Source: a virus
Length of the DNA stretch: 64,000 bases
IMG/VR virus record: IMGVR_UViG_3300034198_015569
Coordinates: 24,428 to 88,427 of that record
Strand: one strand, 5' to 3'
Of this stretch, positions 17,929-26,907 are shown one piece after another (position 1 is the first letter of the stretch; each line of letters starts with the position of its first letter). The notes beneath the pieces are model-generated. The model saw only the letters and a list, made by a program, of their open reading frames with translations, searched no databases and was not told where the DNA came from. The translations under genes and the position numbers were made by a program.

Positions 17929-18321
17929 GTGTTTCTTTTAGATTATATTATGTACATTTATATAGGTAATGAATTTCATTTTGTTGAATATGATTCCGAT
18001 ATTGAAAAAGAATATGACCAGAAGACACTACGTTTTCTTGGTTGTATGGAAGACCTATTCTCAGAATTAACTCTTCTAGATGCTTATGGCGCAGCAAATG
18101 AAGAAAACATTAAGTGGCTCATTTATGATGTTGGAAAGCGTCACATGGGCTCTAATAAGAAGCAACTATTAAATGATTACTTTCGAGTAATGTATATGAT
18201 TTGGGGCGGACGAGAAGAAGGTCCGCGTTGGGATACTTTCATCTGTATGTTTGGTGTTCAGAGATTTATTGATGTTATGAAAGCCAGAATCGATGATCCA
18301 TGGAGAATTGGATATGAGTGA
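17929..18321 (+). CDS. protein resembling the anticodon-binding domain of class I LysRS
   Basis: IYDVGKRH...YFRVMYMIWGGREEGPRWDTFI..FG recalls the LysRS-I C-terminal LY..L.G...GPR.GSF segment. Confidence 0.55.
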   Translation: MFLLDYIMYIYIGNEFHFVEYDSDIEKEYDQKTLRFLGCMEDLFSELTLLDAYGAANEENIKWLIYDVGKRHMGSNKKQLLNDYFRVMYMIWGGREEGPRWDTFICMFGVQRFIDVMKARIDDPWRIGYE

Positions 18322-18541
18322 ATGGTATAAAGTTGATGAAGAATTAGACCCATTATTTCAGGCGAAACGTAAAGCTATTTGTAACGCAACAGAGAATCTT
18401 TTAAGGTTTTATAAATGTGACTTTATTTCGTTTGAAGAATTTACATTCTTAACTAAAGAAAGATTAAAATTCATACGAGAACATGATTTCTGCTATAGTG
18501 CAGAAAGAGGATATTATTGGAGAGTGAAAAATGAAAATTAA
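18314..18541 (+). CDS. hypothetical protein
   Basis: Overlapping-start ORF. Confidence 0.5.
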   Translation: MSEWYKVDEELDPLFQAKRKAICNATENLLRFYKCDFISFEEFTFLTKERLKFIREHDFCYSAERGYYWRVKNEN

Positions 18542-19010
18542 CTATATCAAGGGAAACCTTCTAGAAGCTCCTGATTTTCTCATTGGACATGGTTGTAATG
18601 CACAGGGCGTTATGGGCTCTGGTGTTGCTAAGTATGTGCGTGAAAAGTGGCCCAATGCCTATGAAATCTATCATAATGTATGTATAGAAGAGCCGAATAA
18701 TTTGGGAGGAAGAGTCATTCCAGTTAACGTTGGTAATGATAAGTATGTTCTAAATATGATTACTCAGAATTTGTATGGTACAGATAGCCGTAAGGCTAAT
18801 TATGAATATATCTATTCTGCATTCGAATCTATTAAAGAAGAAGTAAAAGCAGAAGGTTCTCTTGCTATTCCATTCATTGGTTGCGGCCTCGCTGGTGGCT
18901 CTTGGCATATTATCAAGGCTATCATTGAGAAGGTCTTTGACGATACAGACATTTCTATCAACGTCTATTATGTGGACGATGTAGAATTTAAAAGAATTAT
19001 GGAGAGTTGA
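18531..19010 (+). CDS. macrodomain protein (ADP-ribose processing, T4 Tk.4-like)
   Basis: GNLL...HGCNAQGVMGSGVA...PFIGCGLAGG. Confidence 0.85.
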   Translation: MKINYIKGNLLEAPDFLIGHGCNAQGVMGSGVAKYVREKWPNAYEIYHNVCIEEPNNLGGRVIPVNVGNDKYVLNMITQNLYGTDSRKANYEYIYSAFESIKEEVKAEGSLAIPFIGCGLAGGSWHIIKAIIEKVFDDTDISINVYYVDDVEFKRIMES

Positions 19011-19013
19011 TTC

Positions 19014-19202
19014 GTGGAAAAGTTTCTTGATTATTTCACAACCATAGGAGTAGCTGGTTTCTTTATCGTTATGGGCGGGGTTGTCGGAACCCTAATTGGT
19101 GCAATTTTAACCTTCTATCCTATTACCTCTGCAATAGTAGTTGGTATTTTTGTTGTTTTTTCATTTATTTGGAGATTAAAAAAATATGGCAAACTTTTCT
19201 AA
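19014..19202 (+). CDS. small membrane protein
   Basis: Two hydrophobic helices. Confidence 0.5.
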   Translation: MEKFLDYFTTIGVAGFFIVMGGVVGTLIGAILTFYPITSAIVVGIFVVFSFIWRLKKYGKLF

Positions 19203-19992
19203 TCAGATTTTTGTGAGTTCTGTAGATCAAAATAAACCTAAAACTTTATTTTTTGTACAAGTAAAGAATTCTGAAGATTTTCGCAAAACCCAAAGCCAAC
19301 ATCCTCATGGTGTAATTTTCGATAATATTCCTACAAAGGGGTTCAAGATTAACGGGGTTGAATCAACTTATTCTAATAAAAATAAATGGTTTCAAGTTAT
19401 TGATCCTCGTGGTTTCATTGAACAAGTATCTGCTGATAATCTCGTGGATATCATGAAACATACGGGCGTTGATAAAGGCGAGCTTACTGGTGAATATGTA
19501 TGGGGAAAACAAGGCGGTTGGGCATTTCTTGCACGTCTTGACCATCCTGAACTTGTAAAGTATCTCAATCCTGTAGCAGACCCTATTGTAAATCCTGGCG
19601 ATTATGTCAAATCTAATTATGTAGATGGCGTATATTGCGGAACGTTTTATGTCATGGAATATACTGAGAGATTGCAATATCCTCCCGGTTACTCTTATTG
19701 GAACAGTCGCAATAATGGTGTGCAACCAAAACAAATTCCATCTGTAAAAATGAGTAAAGATCGAAGTAAACTTGTATATAGAGATACAAATAAACATAAG
19801 TATTATGACTTCGTAAAATCATTTGGTAAAGATCATGTTGTTGCTTCAACTAATAATAATTTTCCTAAATTTGAAAATGGTTATGTGATTTACGAATATA
19901 GCAATATGAAGTTGTTGTTTGTTACAAAACAGGCTATGCTTAATTTTGATCAAACAAAACTTGCTGATTTGTATAAACAACGTCCTAAGTGA
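19186..19992 (+). CDS. hypothetical phage protein
   Basis: DN.PT.GFKI...IDPRGF motif. Confidence 0.65.
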   Translation: MANFSNQIFVSSVDQNKPKTLFFVQVKNSEDFRKTQSQHPHGVIFDNIPTKGFKINGVESTYSNKNKWFQVIDPRGFIEQVSADNLVDIMKHTGVDKGELTGEYVWGKQGGWAFLARLDHPELVKYLNPVADPIVNPGDYVKSNYVDGVYCGTFYVMEYTERLQYPPGYSYWNSRNNGVQPKQIPSVKMSKDRSKLVYRDTNKHKYYDFVKSFGKDHVVASTNNNFPKFENGYVIYEYSNMKLLFVTKQAMLNFDQTKLADLYKQRPK

Positions 19993-20086
19993 TAATTTTA
20001 CAACAGTAAAAAAATATTTTCAAAATTGATCTTTTTTCTTGACCCCAAGCATAAATAAAATTATACTTGAGGAATGAACAAAAGAT

Positions 20087-20162
20087 GGCTGTAGGGGGGT
20101 AGTGGAATCCCACCGTCCTCATAAGACGGACCAAGCTGGATCGAAGCCAGCTACAGCCACCA
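20087..20162 (+). tRNA. tRNA-Met(CAT)
   Basis: GGCTGTA/TACAGCC-ACCA; CCGTC-CTCATAA-GACGG. Confidence 0.8.
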
Positions 20163-20175
20163 AATTCCTTAATAT

Positions 20176-20251
20176 TCGCCTTTAGTTTAAATGGTAAAAC
20201 ACTTGATTCTGATTCAGGCAGATGTAGGTTCGAATCCTACAGGGCGATCCA
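20176..20251 (+). tRNA. tRNA-Gln(CTG)
   Basis: U1-A72; loop TTCTGAT; TTCGAAT; CCA. Confidence 0.85.
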
Positions 20252-20338
20252 ATATTATGAACCTGTGAAAATTATATTCTAATACTTTTCCAATAAAAAT
20301 TATTTACATAAAATCTCATTTTAGGGATTGACAATTTT

Positions 20339-20701
20339 ATGATTTACGGTAAAATCATCAGTGCACACGATGCAATAACCTTTGAATACATTGGAGCAAA
20401 CGGAAAGAACACTCCAATTCTATATGAAGATATTGATGGCAACCTATTCTATGTATTGAAATACAAATATCTTATTAGTGAAGATTCTCCTATAGAAAAT
20501 ACATTAGCACATTTTGAAGTATTCTATGATAGAGCCCTTAATGTCATATTAATAGATAGTAGAGATTTATTACATTCGTTCAAATATGATGAGATATACG
20601 TAGTATATGTTGCAGATAATTCACGTATAAAAGATGGCACTATGAGATTTAAAATTTCTCCCATTACAATATTAGATATACATTCTTTAAAAGATTTATG
20701 A
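20339..20701 (+). CDS. hypothetical protein
   Basis: ORF. Confidence 0.5.
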   Translation: MIYGKIISAHDAITFEYIGANGKNTPILYEDIDGNLFYVLKYKYLISEDSPIENTLAHFEVFYDRALNVILIDSRDLLHSFKYDEIYVVYVADNSRIKDGTMRFKISPITILDIHSLKDL

Positions 20702-20702
20702 G

Positions 20703-21488
20703 GTGACAGTGAGTATTTTTGAAGCAAAACGTTTTCTTACACCAAGATTTAAAACTATTGTGGATGCATTAGCAGATTATAATAAAGAACATGATGCTAC
20801 TTATTATTTCTCTGGTACATGTCTTACAAATGCTTATCATGGTTTTAAACAAACAGATATAGATTTTTTTATTAATCCTAAAGATACATCTAAGTATGCA
20901 GATGATATGGGAGCTTATTTAGAAAAATTATTTCAAGATGGGCAAATCGAAAACTATAGTATTTCAGAAGATTTCTTATATTCTTTGACTTACATTGATA
21001 TTAATGACGTAAAGTTTAATCTTGTGGTTTCAGGTAATAATCCTTTAGAACAGATTGATTCTCACGATTTACAACATACTCAATGGTTTACAAAGAATAT
21101 TGAAGAAAACTTCTGGTTTGGTGAAGAGGAGAAGCAAGACTTCTTTTTCTACAGCTATCCAACAACTCGAATGGCAATTGAGAATAAATGGCTCTTGCCT
21201 ACATTTGAATTTAGAAATTTGATCAATAAGGTAATGGCAAATATTGCTGAAGAAGATGAAATACATAGAGTGTGCAAAATGCTCCTACGTATTAAGAAAT
21301 TCAAAGCAAGAGGAATGATTATTCCTGAACAGTCGGATTTTAAAAAGACAGTACGTTCTCTAACAACCAAGCTTAAAGATAGATATGAATTTGAAAAAGA
21401 TACTAATATGTCATTTGATGTCGAATCGATGGGATTAGGTATTGCCCCTAAAGATGGTATTTTTGACGAAGAGGATATTTTAATATGA
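20703..21488 (+). CDS. possible nucleotidyltransferase-fold protein
   Basis: YFSGTC...TDIDFF resembles the hG[GS]...DhD NTase motif. Confidence 0.4.
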   Translation: MTVSIFEAKRFLTPRFKTIVDALADYNKEHDATYYFSGTCLTNAYHGFKQTDIDFFINPKDTSKYADDMGAYLEKLFQDGQIENYSISEDFLYSLTYIDINDVKFNLVVSGNNPLEQIDSHDLQHTQWFTKNIEENFWFGEEEKQDFFFYSYPTTRMAIENKWLLPTFEFRNLINKVMANIAEEDEIHRVCKMLLRIKKFKARGMIIPEQSDFKKTVRSLTTKLKDRYEFEKDTNMSFDVESMGLGIAPKDGIFDEEDILI

Positions 21489-21979
21489 CTGCATACAAAG
21501 CTCCTCAAGATTATCCTATGGGAAATAATGAAGAATACGTATTTCTTGCAGGTTCAATTGAAATGGGTAAAGCTGTAGAGTGGCAAACTCTTATTGAAAA
21601 AGAATTTGAAGGTTCGGGTATTAATACTCTAAACCCAAGACGTGATGATTGGGATAGTTCTTGGGTTCAAGACCCAACTCCCGGAACTAAATTTCACGAA
21701 CAGGTTACTTGGGAGTTGACGGGATTAGAAAATTCAGATATGATTGTTTTCTATTTTGATCCAAAGACACAAAGTCCGGTCACTCTTTTGGAATTGGGTA
21801 AGTGTTTAGAAAATAATGAAGATAAATTAATTTTTGTATGTTGCTCACCCGAATATTTTCGATACGGCAATGTAAAAATTATGTGTGATCGAGAGTTTGA
21901 GCGAAAAAGTTTAATTTTATTTTCTGAAAACTTTGATGATCTGGTTTCAGATATTCGACTGGCATTAGCATTTATGTAA
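21485..21979 (+). CDS. nucleoside 2-deoxyribosyltransferase-like protein
   Basis: VFLAGSIEMG..W Q...NPRR..WD...QVTWE...SPVTLLELG. Confidence 0.8.
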   Translation: MTAYKAPQDYPMGNNEEYVFLAGSIEMGKAVEWQTLIEKEFEGSGINTLNPRRDDWDSSWVQDPTPGTKFHEQVTWELTGLENSDMIVFYFDPKTQSPVTLLELGKCLENNEDKLIFVCCSPEYFRYGNVKIMCDREFERKSLILFSENFDDLVSDIRLALAFM

Positions 21980-22017
21980 AAAATAAATTAGTAGTTGACA
22001 CAAAAATCAACTTAGTG

Positions 22018-22025
22018 TATAAATA
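22018..22025 (+). promoter_or_regulatory. T4-type late promoter
   Basis: TATAAATA upstream of tRNA cluster. Confidence 0.6.
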
Positions 22026-22047
22026 GATAATCAAAGAAGCGCTTTGC

Positions 22048-22119
22048 TCTGGTGTACTCAACTGGTAAGAGAGCAAGCTGTTAACTTGTCATATGTTCGT
22101 TCGAATCGAACCATCAGAG
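22048..22119 (+). tRNA. tRNA-Asn(GTT) without CCA, acceptor stem extended by 11 bp
   Basis: GCAAG-CTGTTAA-CTTGT; flanks AAGCGCTTTGC/GCAAAGCGCTT. Confidence 0.7.
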
Positions 22120-22134
22120 CAAAGCGCTTTTTAT

Positions 22135-22213
22135 TCCCGATAACCCGAGCTTGGCGCATGGGCTGTGCTGTTAACACATGATTAGGCTGGTTCGATCCCA
22201 GCATCGGGAGCCA
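22135..22213 (+). tRNA. tRNA-Asn(GTT)
   Basis: TCCCGAT/ATCGGGA-GCCA; loop CTGTTAA. Confidence 0.85.
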
Positions 22214-22383
22214 ATTTTTGGAGATTGACAAATGGATGAAGAAAATCTTATTGTCGGTTTCCTTTTCGGACTACTTATAATAACTATTATATTTAGTGCT
22301 GAATTAATAACATTATCTAATGAAAAACAACCTTCTATTGTAGATTATATTCGTCAAATAGAAAGTAAACGAATTAAATAAAT

Positions 22384-22457
22384 GCGGGTATGGTATATAG
22401 ATTGTGCCTTAGCCTTCCAAGCTAATGAAAAGGGTTTGAGTCCCTTTATCCGCTCCA
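22384..22457 (+). tRNA. tRNA-Gly(TCC)
   Basis: TTAGC-CTTCCAA-GCTAA; U73-CCA. Confidence 0.85.
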
Positions 22458-22501
22458 ATACTAGTTTGTAGGTATTCTGTGTTTACTTGAAACCTTCGAA
22501 T

Positions 22502-22579
22502 GCTCCTGGCGAATGGCTGGTGCCTGTTCGCTAGACTGAAAATCTAGAGGTAGTAGTTCGATTCTACTCGGGAGCACCA
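22502..22579 (+). tRNA. tRNA-Phe(GAA), atypical D arm
   Basis: CTAGA-CTGAAAA-TCTAG; CCA. Confidence 0.8.
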
Positions 22580-22724
22580 TTTAAGTTGAGGAATCTGGAC
22601 GCTCCCTTATCCTACTTTAAAATGGATAAAAAACCAGAAAGAATTTAGTTTGGGGGTTACATGTAGTGAGAGAGAAAGGTATCTTTCTTTTGTAGGTGAA
22701 AGCCCTACCCCTTAAGCCTTCAAT

Positions 22725-22799
22725 GCTCCTGTCGTCTACTGGCTAAGGCATTCAGTTGATACCTGAAAAAAGGATGATCGAAACATCCCTGGAGCACCA
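22725..22799 (+). tRNA. tRNA-Ile(GAT)
   Basis: TTCAG-TTGATAC-CTGAA; CCA. Confidence 0.8.
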
Positions 22800-22821
22800 T
22801 ATTTTATACAATAGATGAGGT

Positions 22822-23100
22822 TTGATGTACAATCTTTCAATTCCTGTTCCTGCGCCAGATTGTTCAAGTTTTACTCCAATTTCATATGAATTTTTACATC
22901 CTTACAAAGCTATTTTGACTGACAAGGATGGAAATAAAGTTTTGACTGGTTATGGTATTGGTGAACTTATCCATATTATGGAACCAAGCGTTCAACTTCT
23001 CGTTTGCGCATACGATTACTATAAAGAACTTCCTTTAGAAGGTGGTTATAAGTTGGAAGTGAATGATGATCTTCATCTTAAGAAAGTGTGGGTGCGATGA
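22822..23100 (+). CDS. hypothetical protein
   Basis: GAGG RBS. Confidence 0.5.
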   Translation: MMYNLSIPVPAPDCSSFTPISYEFLHPYKAILTDKDGNKVLTGYGIGELIHIMEPSVQLLVCAYDYYKELPLEGGYKLEVNDDLHLKKVWVR

Positions 23101-23369
23101 TCGATGACAAAGGAGTTTTGGGTTTCAATTGCCATTTAAGTAAAAAGACTTGGAATGGAGTTGATTATTTTGTTCGTATCTATGCATGTCGTGGAATTGG
23201 AACAAAATATGACGAATTTTATAAGTGGTTAAACACTGTAAAGCATGTGACAACTTCATGTGATTGGCCCTGGCATTATTTTTATTTTGAAGATATGCGT
23301 GAAGAACAAATATTCTTGAGTAAATATGCTTCTAAATTTATTTATTTTGATGCACGGGAAGATGAATAA
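23097..23369 (+). CDS. hypothetical protein
   Basis: ATGA coupling. Confidence 0.5.
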   Translation: MIDDKGVLGFNCHLSKKTWNGVDYFVRIYACRGIGTKYDEFYKWLNTVKHVTTSCDWPWHYFYFEDMREEQIFLSKYASKFIYFDAREDE

Positions 23370-23566
23370 TGGCTAAACTATCTGATTCTGATATTAGTGT
23401 ATTAAAATTAATCCTTCGTTCTCCTAATCATGGGGCAGGATGGCGCCATGTGTCTGAACAGCTTTGGTTTATTATTGAAGAATTTGAACGAAAAGAATTG
23501 CTTGAAATTAAGCCTTTAATGGTTCGATTTAGTGAACGTGGATTGGTCGTGATAGATTACATATGA
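23369..23566 (+). CDS. hypothetical protein
   Basis: Coupled ORF. Confidence 0.5.
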   Translation: MAKLSDSDISVLKLILRSPNHGAGWRHVSEQLWFIIEEFERKELLEIKPLMVRFSERGLVVIDYI

Positions 23567-23787
23567 AGACATGGTATTTTGCTAAGTGTAATAAATGTAT
23601 GGAAGTTAAATATTTCTTTATAAATGATCCAATTTATACTCACGTTATGTTTGGTGATCAAGACAAATCTACTGAAATTAAACAATGGTTTATTAAACAT
23701 TATGGTTGTGAATTAACTCTTGGATGGCGAGATGATCATTTAGATGAGCTTTGGGATGAAGGTTACGAGAATAAAGATTTATATTAA
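23563..23787 (+). CDS. hypothetical protein (CxxC)
   Basis: Coupled ORF. Confidence 0.5.
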   Translation: MKTWYFAKCNKCMEVKYFFINDPIYTHVMFGDQDKSTEIKQWFIKHYGCELTLGWRDDHLDELWDEGYENKDLY

Positions 23788-23959
23788 TTAAAGTTTTGGG
23801 TTCGTGTTCCCATCACAATTTGATGCGGGCTATTCGCAAGATAGCTGCTAGTCTGGTTCGATTCCAGCCTTCTTTAAGCAACGCATCAATCTATTTTAAG
23901 AAAATGTAATTACAATGTAAATAGAAATGCTCGTAAGGCGAGTGATATTTGAAATAAAT

Positions 23960-24035
23960 GCGTGTGTAGTATAAAGGATAATTATTCCTGATTGCCAATC
24001 AGAAGACGAGGGTTCGAATCCCTCCACCCGCACCA
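23960..24035 (+). tRNA. tRNA-Gly(GCC)
   Basis: Loop TTGCCAA; GAGGG-TTCGAAT-CCCTC; CCA. Confidence 0.8.
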
Positions 24036-24051
24036 GTTAAGGAACTTTGAT

Positions 24052-24378
24052 ATGAGTTTACTTGATGAAGTTTGGAAAGAATTCTTTGATCATGGTTTTG
24101 ATAATGAAACCTATAATCGAATTCAAACCAACTGCCTAAAAATAGCTCAAGAGATTGATCCACGAACAACACATGTTCATGTTGATATCGTCCCTGGTGC
24201 CAAAGAAGAAGATATTTACAAGGCTTATAAAGAGGCGATGAAACAGATTGCTTCCGGTGATTATGAAATAGTTGAAAGTTTTCATGAGGACTTTGACAAT
24301 CCTCCTTTCACTGGTTCGAAAAAAATGACTGTCGAGGAATTTATAAAATCTCTTGACAAAGATAAAGAATCAGAGTAA
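24052..24378 (+). CDS. hypothetical protein
   Basis: AAGGA RBS. Confidence 0.55.
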   Translation: MSLLDEVWKEFFDHGFDNETYNRIQTNCLKIAQEIDPRTTHVHVDIVPGAKEEDIYKAYKEAMKQIASGDYEIVESFHEDFDNPPFTGSKKMTVEEFIKSLDKDKESE

Positions 24379-24380
24379 GA

Positions 24381-25040
24381 TTATCTAGTGTGTGCGAAAT
24401 ACAATATATGTTGAATTATATTTTTAGATTTTAGTTCTTCGCTCATAATTAGAAGTAAATTTGGACAGGATGCTTGTCTGATATTATCATTATTTCTAAT
24501 GTATCTTTTACCTTTAATTTCTATCCAAATTTGATAATCTGGTAAATAAAAATCGGGTACATAATACTTATTTACATTGTTAATATCGTAATGAAATCTT
24601 ATATTTGTATTTTTAAACCATCTAATATTAAATTTATCTAATAATTGACAAAAATATAATTCGGCACCGGAATCTAATTGAAATCCTTTATAAATAGTTC
24701 GATGTACTCGTGTTGAATTTGGATGATAAGAATGTTTGTTCGAACAAGTTCTAGAACAATATTTTCTAGTTCTTGTGGCACAACTGTCATCAATAAATTG
24801 TTCATTGCACTCTTGACAAGTTAGAAGCGGTCTATTACAAATACGTTCAGATGGTTTCCAACGATTTTTTCCACCTTTGCTCATATCGGCTTTGGATGGA
24901 AGAACATAATTCTCTTTAACTTTAGTTCTAATCTTTTCTCTTGTTTCTAGAGAATGATTACGTGAACTAGAACAACTTCTGGAACAAAAAATTCCAGGTT
25001 TTTCATGAGATGAATTACATTTTGGGCAAGTTTTAGTCAT
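24381..25040 (-). CDS. putative homing endonuclease (Zn-finger repeats plus PD-(D/E)xK domain)
   Basis: CPKC..FCSRSC, YCSRTC; YVPDFYL...IEIKG. Confidence 0.8.
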   Translation of the reverse strand: MTKTCPKCNSSHEKPGIFCSRSCSSSRNHSLETREKIRTKVKENYVLPSKADMSKGGKNRWKPSERICNRPLLTCQECNEQFIDDSCATRTRKYCSRTCSNKHSYHPNSTRVHRTIYKGFQLDSGAELYFCQLLDKFNIRWFKNTNIRFHYDINNVNKYYVPDFYLPDYQIWIEIKGKRYIRNNDNIRQASCPNLLLIMSEELKSKNIIQHILYFAHTR

Positions 25041-25043
25041 AAT

Positions 25044-25118
25044 GGTCCTATAGTATATGGTTTAACATTCTTATCTGTCTAATAAGAGAATCGGGTTAGA
25101 GTCCCGATAGGATCGCCA
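25044..25118 (+). tRNA. tRNA-Asp(GTC)
   Basis: CTTAT-CTGTCTA-ATAAG; G73-CCA. Confidence 0.8.
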
Positions 25119-25160
25119 TAATTATTTATAACAATGAGATTAAGTGAGTTTGATTATAAT

Positions 25161-25234
25161 GGGGTATGGGCTAGGACCCGGAAAATCCTTGCAAGATTTT
25201 AGCCTGATCGGGGCGGAACCGATATACTCCACCA
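25161..25234 (+). tRNA. tRNA-Ala(TGC), atypical D/T loops
   Basis: G3:U70 pair; AAATC-CTTGCAA-GATTT; CCA. Confidence 0.75.
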
Positions 25235-25251
25235 TTTATTTTACCATTAAT

Positions 25252-25326
25252 GGGCTTTTAGTGCTAATGGGAACACACTGCTTTTGCAAAGCAGAATCGA
25301 CGGATCGTAACCGTCAAGGTCCACCA
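25252..25326 (+). tRNA. tRNA-Ala(TGC)
   Basis: G3:U70; CTGCT-TTTGCAA-AGCAG; CCA. Confidence 0.8.
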
Positions 25327-25577
25327 ATTTTCTTATTGTGCGGCAATTGCCGAAAGTAGAGTCGTTCTCTACAATCCTAGAACGGATACTGCAATCTATC
25401 CCTAATAAGGAGGATTTCTTGAGCTTCGGCAAGACAGATATCTAGGGTGAGTTTTTGATATTTGAGCAATAAAGACTTGTTCTTGCGCTGCAAAAATCAA
25501 TTGTTTCTCTCCTCATTGAATGAATAAAAAACAAGAAAGCCGTTCTGTTAAATTAAATTATGAACTTGTGAGGAAAA

Positions 25578-26078
25578 ATGATTCTTAAAGATTTCCTAGA
25601 AGCGATTGAATTTCAAGTAAGAGAATGTGTACCTTATCATTGGTCATGTTATGGTGAACGTTGTATGATCATGGATGGATATAATGAATATGGTGAAGCA
25701 TCTTGCGTTTATTCGCTAGAAACTTCACAAGTATTTGAAGTTTCTATCTCTGATAAGCTTGCTGATCGATATCAATACACATGGGTTGATCCTGATTATA
25801 AGGATGAATACGAAGCTGAAGCTAAGTCTCGTCATATTGAACCATATATGTGGCTTGATGGAGAAAAGTATTCTGTCACGGATTCTGAAGAAGATATTCT
25901 TGACAAGGTGACTGCAATTCTTAATAATAGAAGTTTCGATGAGACGGTAGTTATTACTTTAATAATGACACCAGAAGAAAAAATTCTTATTGAAACTGCG
26001 GCTGCAAATCTTGGTATCACGATTGATAAGTTTGTCGAGCGTGCTATTATGGAAGTTGCATACGAATTGGTAAATTAA
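25578..26078 (+). CDS. hypothetical phage protein
   Basis: GAGG RBS. Confidence 0.6.
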   Translation: MILKDFLEAIEFQVRECVPYHWSCYGERCMIMDGYNEYGEASCVYSLETSQVFEVSISDKLADRYQYTWVDPDYKDEYEAEAKSRHIEPYMWLDGEKYSVTDSEEDILDKVTAILNNRSFDETVVITLIMTPEEKILIETAAANLGITIDKFVERAIMEVAYELVN

Positions 26079-26098
26079 TTTTATAAATAAAAATATAT

Positions 26099-26178
26099 TC
26101 CGGTTGGGGCTGCTAGGCGTGGCCGCATGGCTTTGAACCATGACAAACAGCCTCGTTCGAATCGAGGAACCGGAACCA
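26099..26178 (+). tRNA. tRNA-Gln(TTG)
   Basis: CATGG-CTTTGAA-CCATG; U1-A72; TATAAATA at 26082. Confidence 0.8.
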
Positions 26179-26182
26179 AAAT

Positions 26183-26259
26183 GCTCTACGACCCAGCTAG
26201 TGAAGGGGCTGTCCTGATAAGACAGTAGCCGCAAGGGGCGGAACCTTGGTGGAGCACCA
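26183..26259 (+). tRNA. tRNA-Ile(GAT), atypical T loop
   Basis: CTGTC-CTGATAA-GACAG; CCA. Confidence 0.75.
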
Positions 26260-26322
26260 TATATCATGATCCTGTGAATTATAATTTCTTAGATACAATC
26301 CTTAAATTGTGAGGTTTATATA

Positions 26323-26889
26323 ATGGAATTTTTTGTATTGGCTGGAATCACACTTTTTAATGTGTGGGGAGCCTTGATTTTACTTGCAGCTATTACAATC
26401 GCTTGTATACTTAGTTCCAATGAATATACATTGGCATCACTAGGAGTACTTTTAGTGGCCGCGACGGTTACGGCATTTTTCGGTCTAGCTCCTGTTTTTT
26501 CTTTTATCGTAAACAACCCATTGACTTTTGCGATTTGGGCTGTAATATATTTGGTAGTTGGAATCGTTTGGTCCATCTATAACTGGTGGGTTTTTGTAAA
26601 GAAAGTAAGAAATTACTATAATGAACAAAAAGCATCCTTAAGTAACAATCCTACGGAAAAAGATATTAAATTTGCTAGGGACCGAGTTGTAAATTATTTT
26701 GATTTGCTTTCTTTGCCTCCTAAGGCAATGGACCATAAATCACATATCATTTCCAGCATGGTATACTGGCCGATGTCGATGATTTGGTATTTACTTGCTG
26801 ATTTCCTAAAAGAAATTTTCACCAAGATTTTCAACTACTTCCGTAACCTTTATCAGAGTATTTCTGATAGTGTTTTTAAAGATATGTGA
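26323..26889 (+). CDS. multi-pass membrane protein
   Basis: Several TM helices. Confidence 0.65.
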   Translation: MEFFVLAGITLFNVWGALILLAAITIACILSSNEYTLASLGVLLVAATVTAFFGLAPVFSFIVNNPLTFAIWAVIYLVVGIVWSIYNWWVFVKKVRNYYNEQKASLSNNPTEKDIKFARDRVVNYFDLLSLPPKAMDHKSHIISSMVYWPMSMIWYLLADFLKEIFTKIFNYFRNLYQSISDSVFKDM

Positions 26890-26907
26890 TAGGAGAATTT
26901 TAATATT

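Noticed and set aside
25144-25432. Short ORFs on both strands
   Set aside because: Overlap two tRNA-Ala genes.
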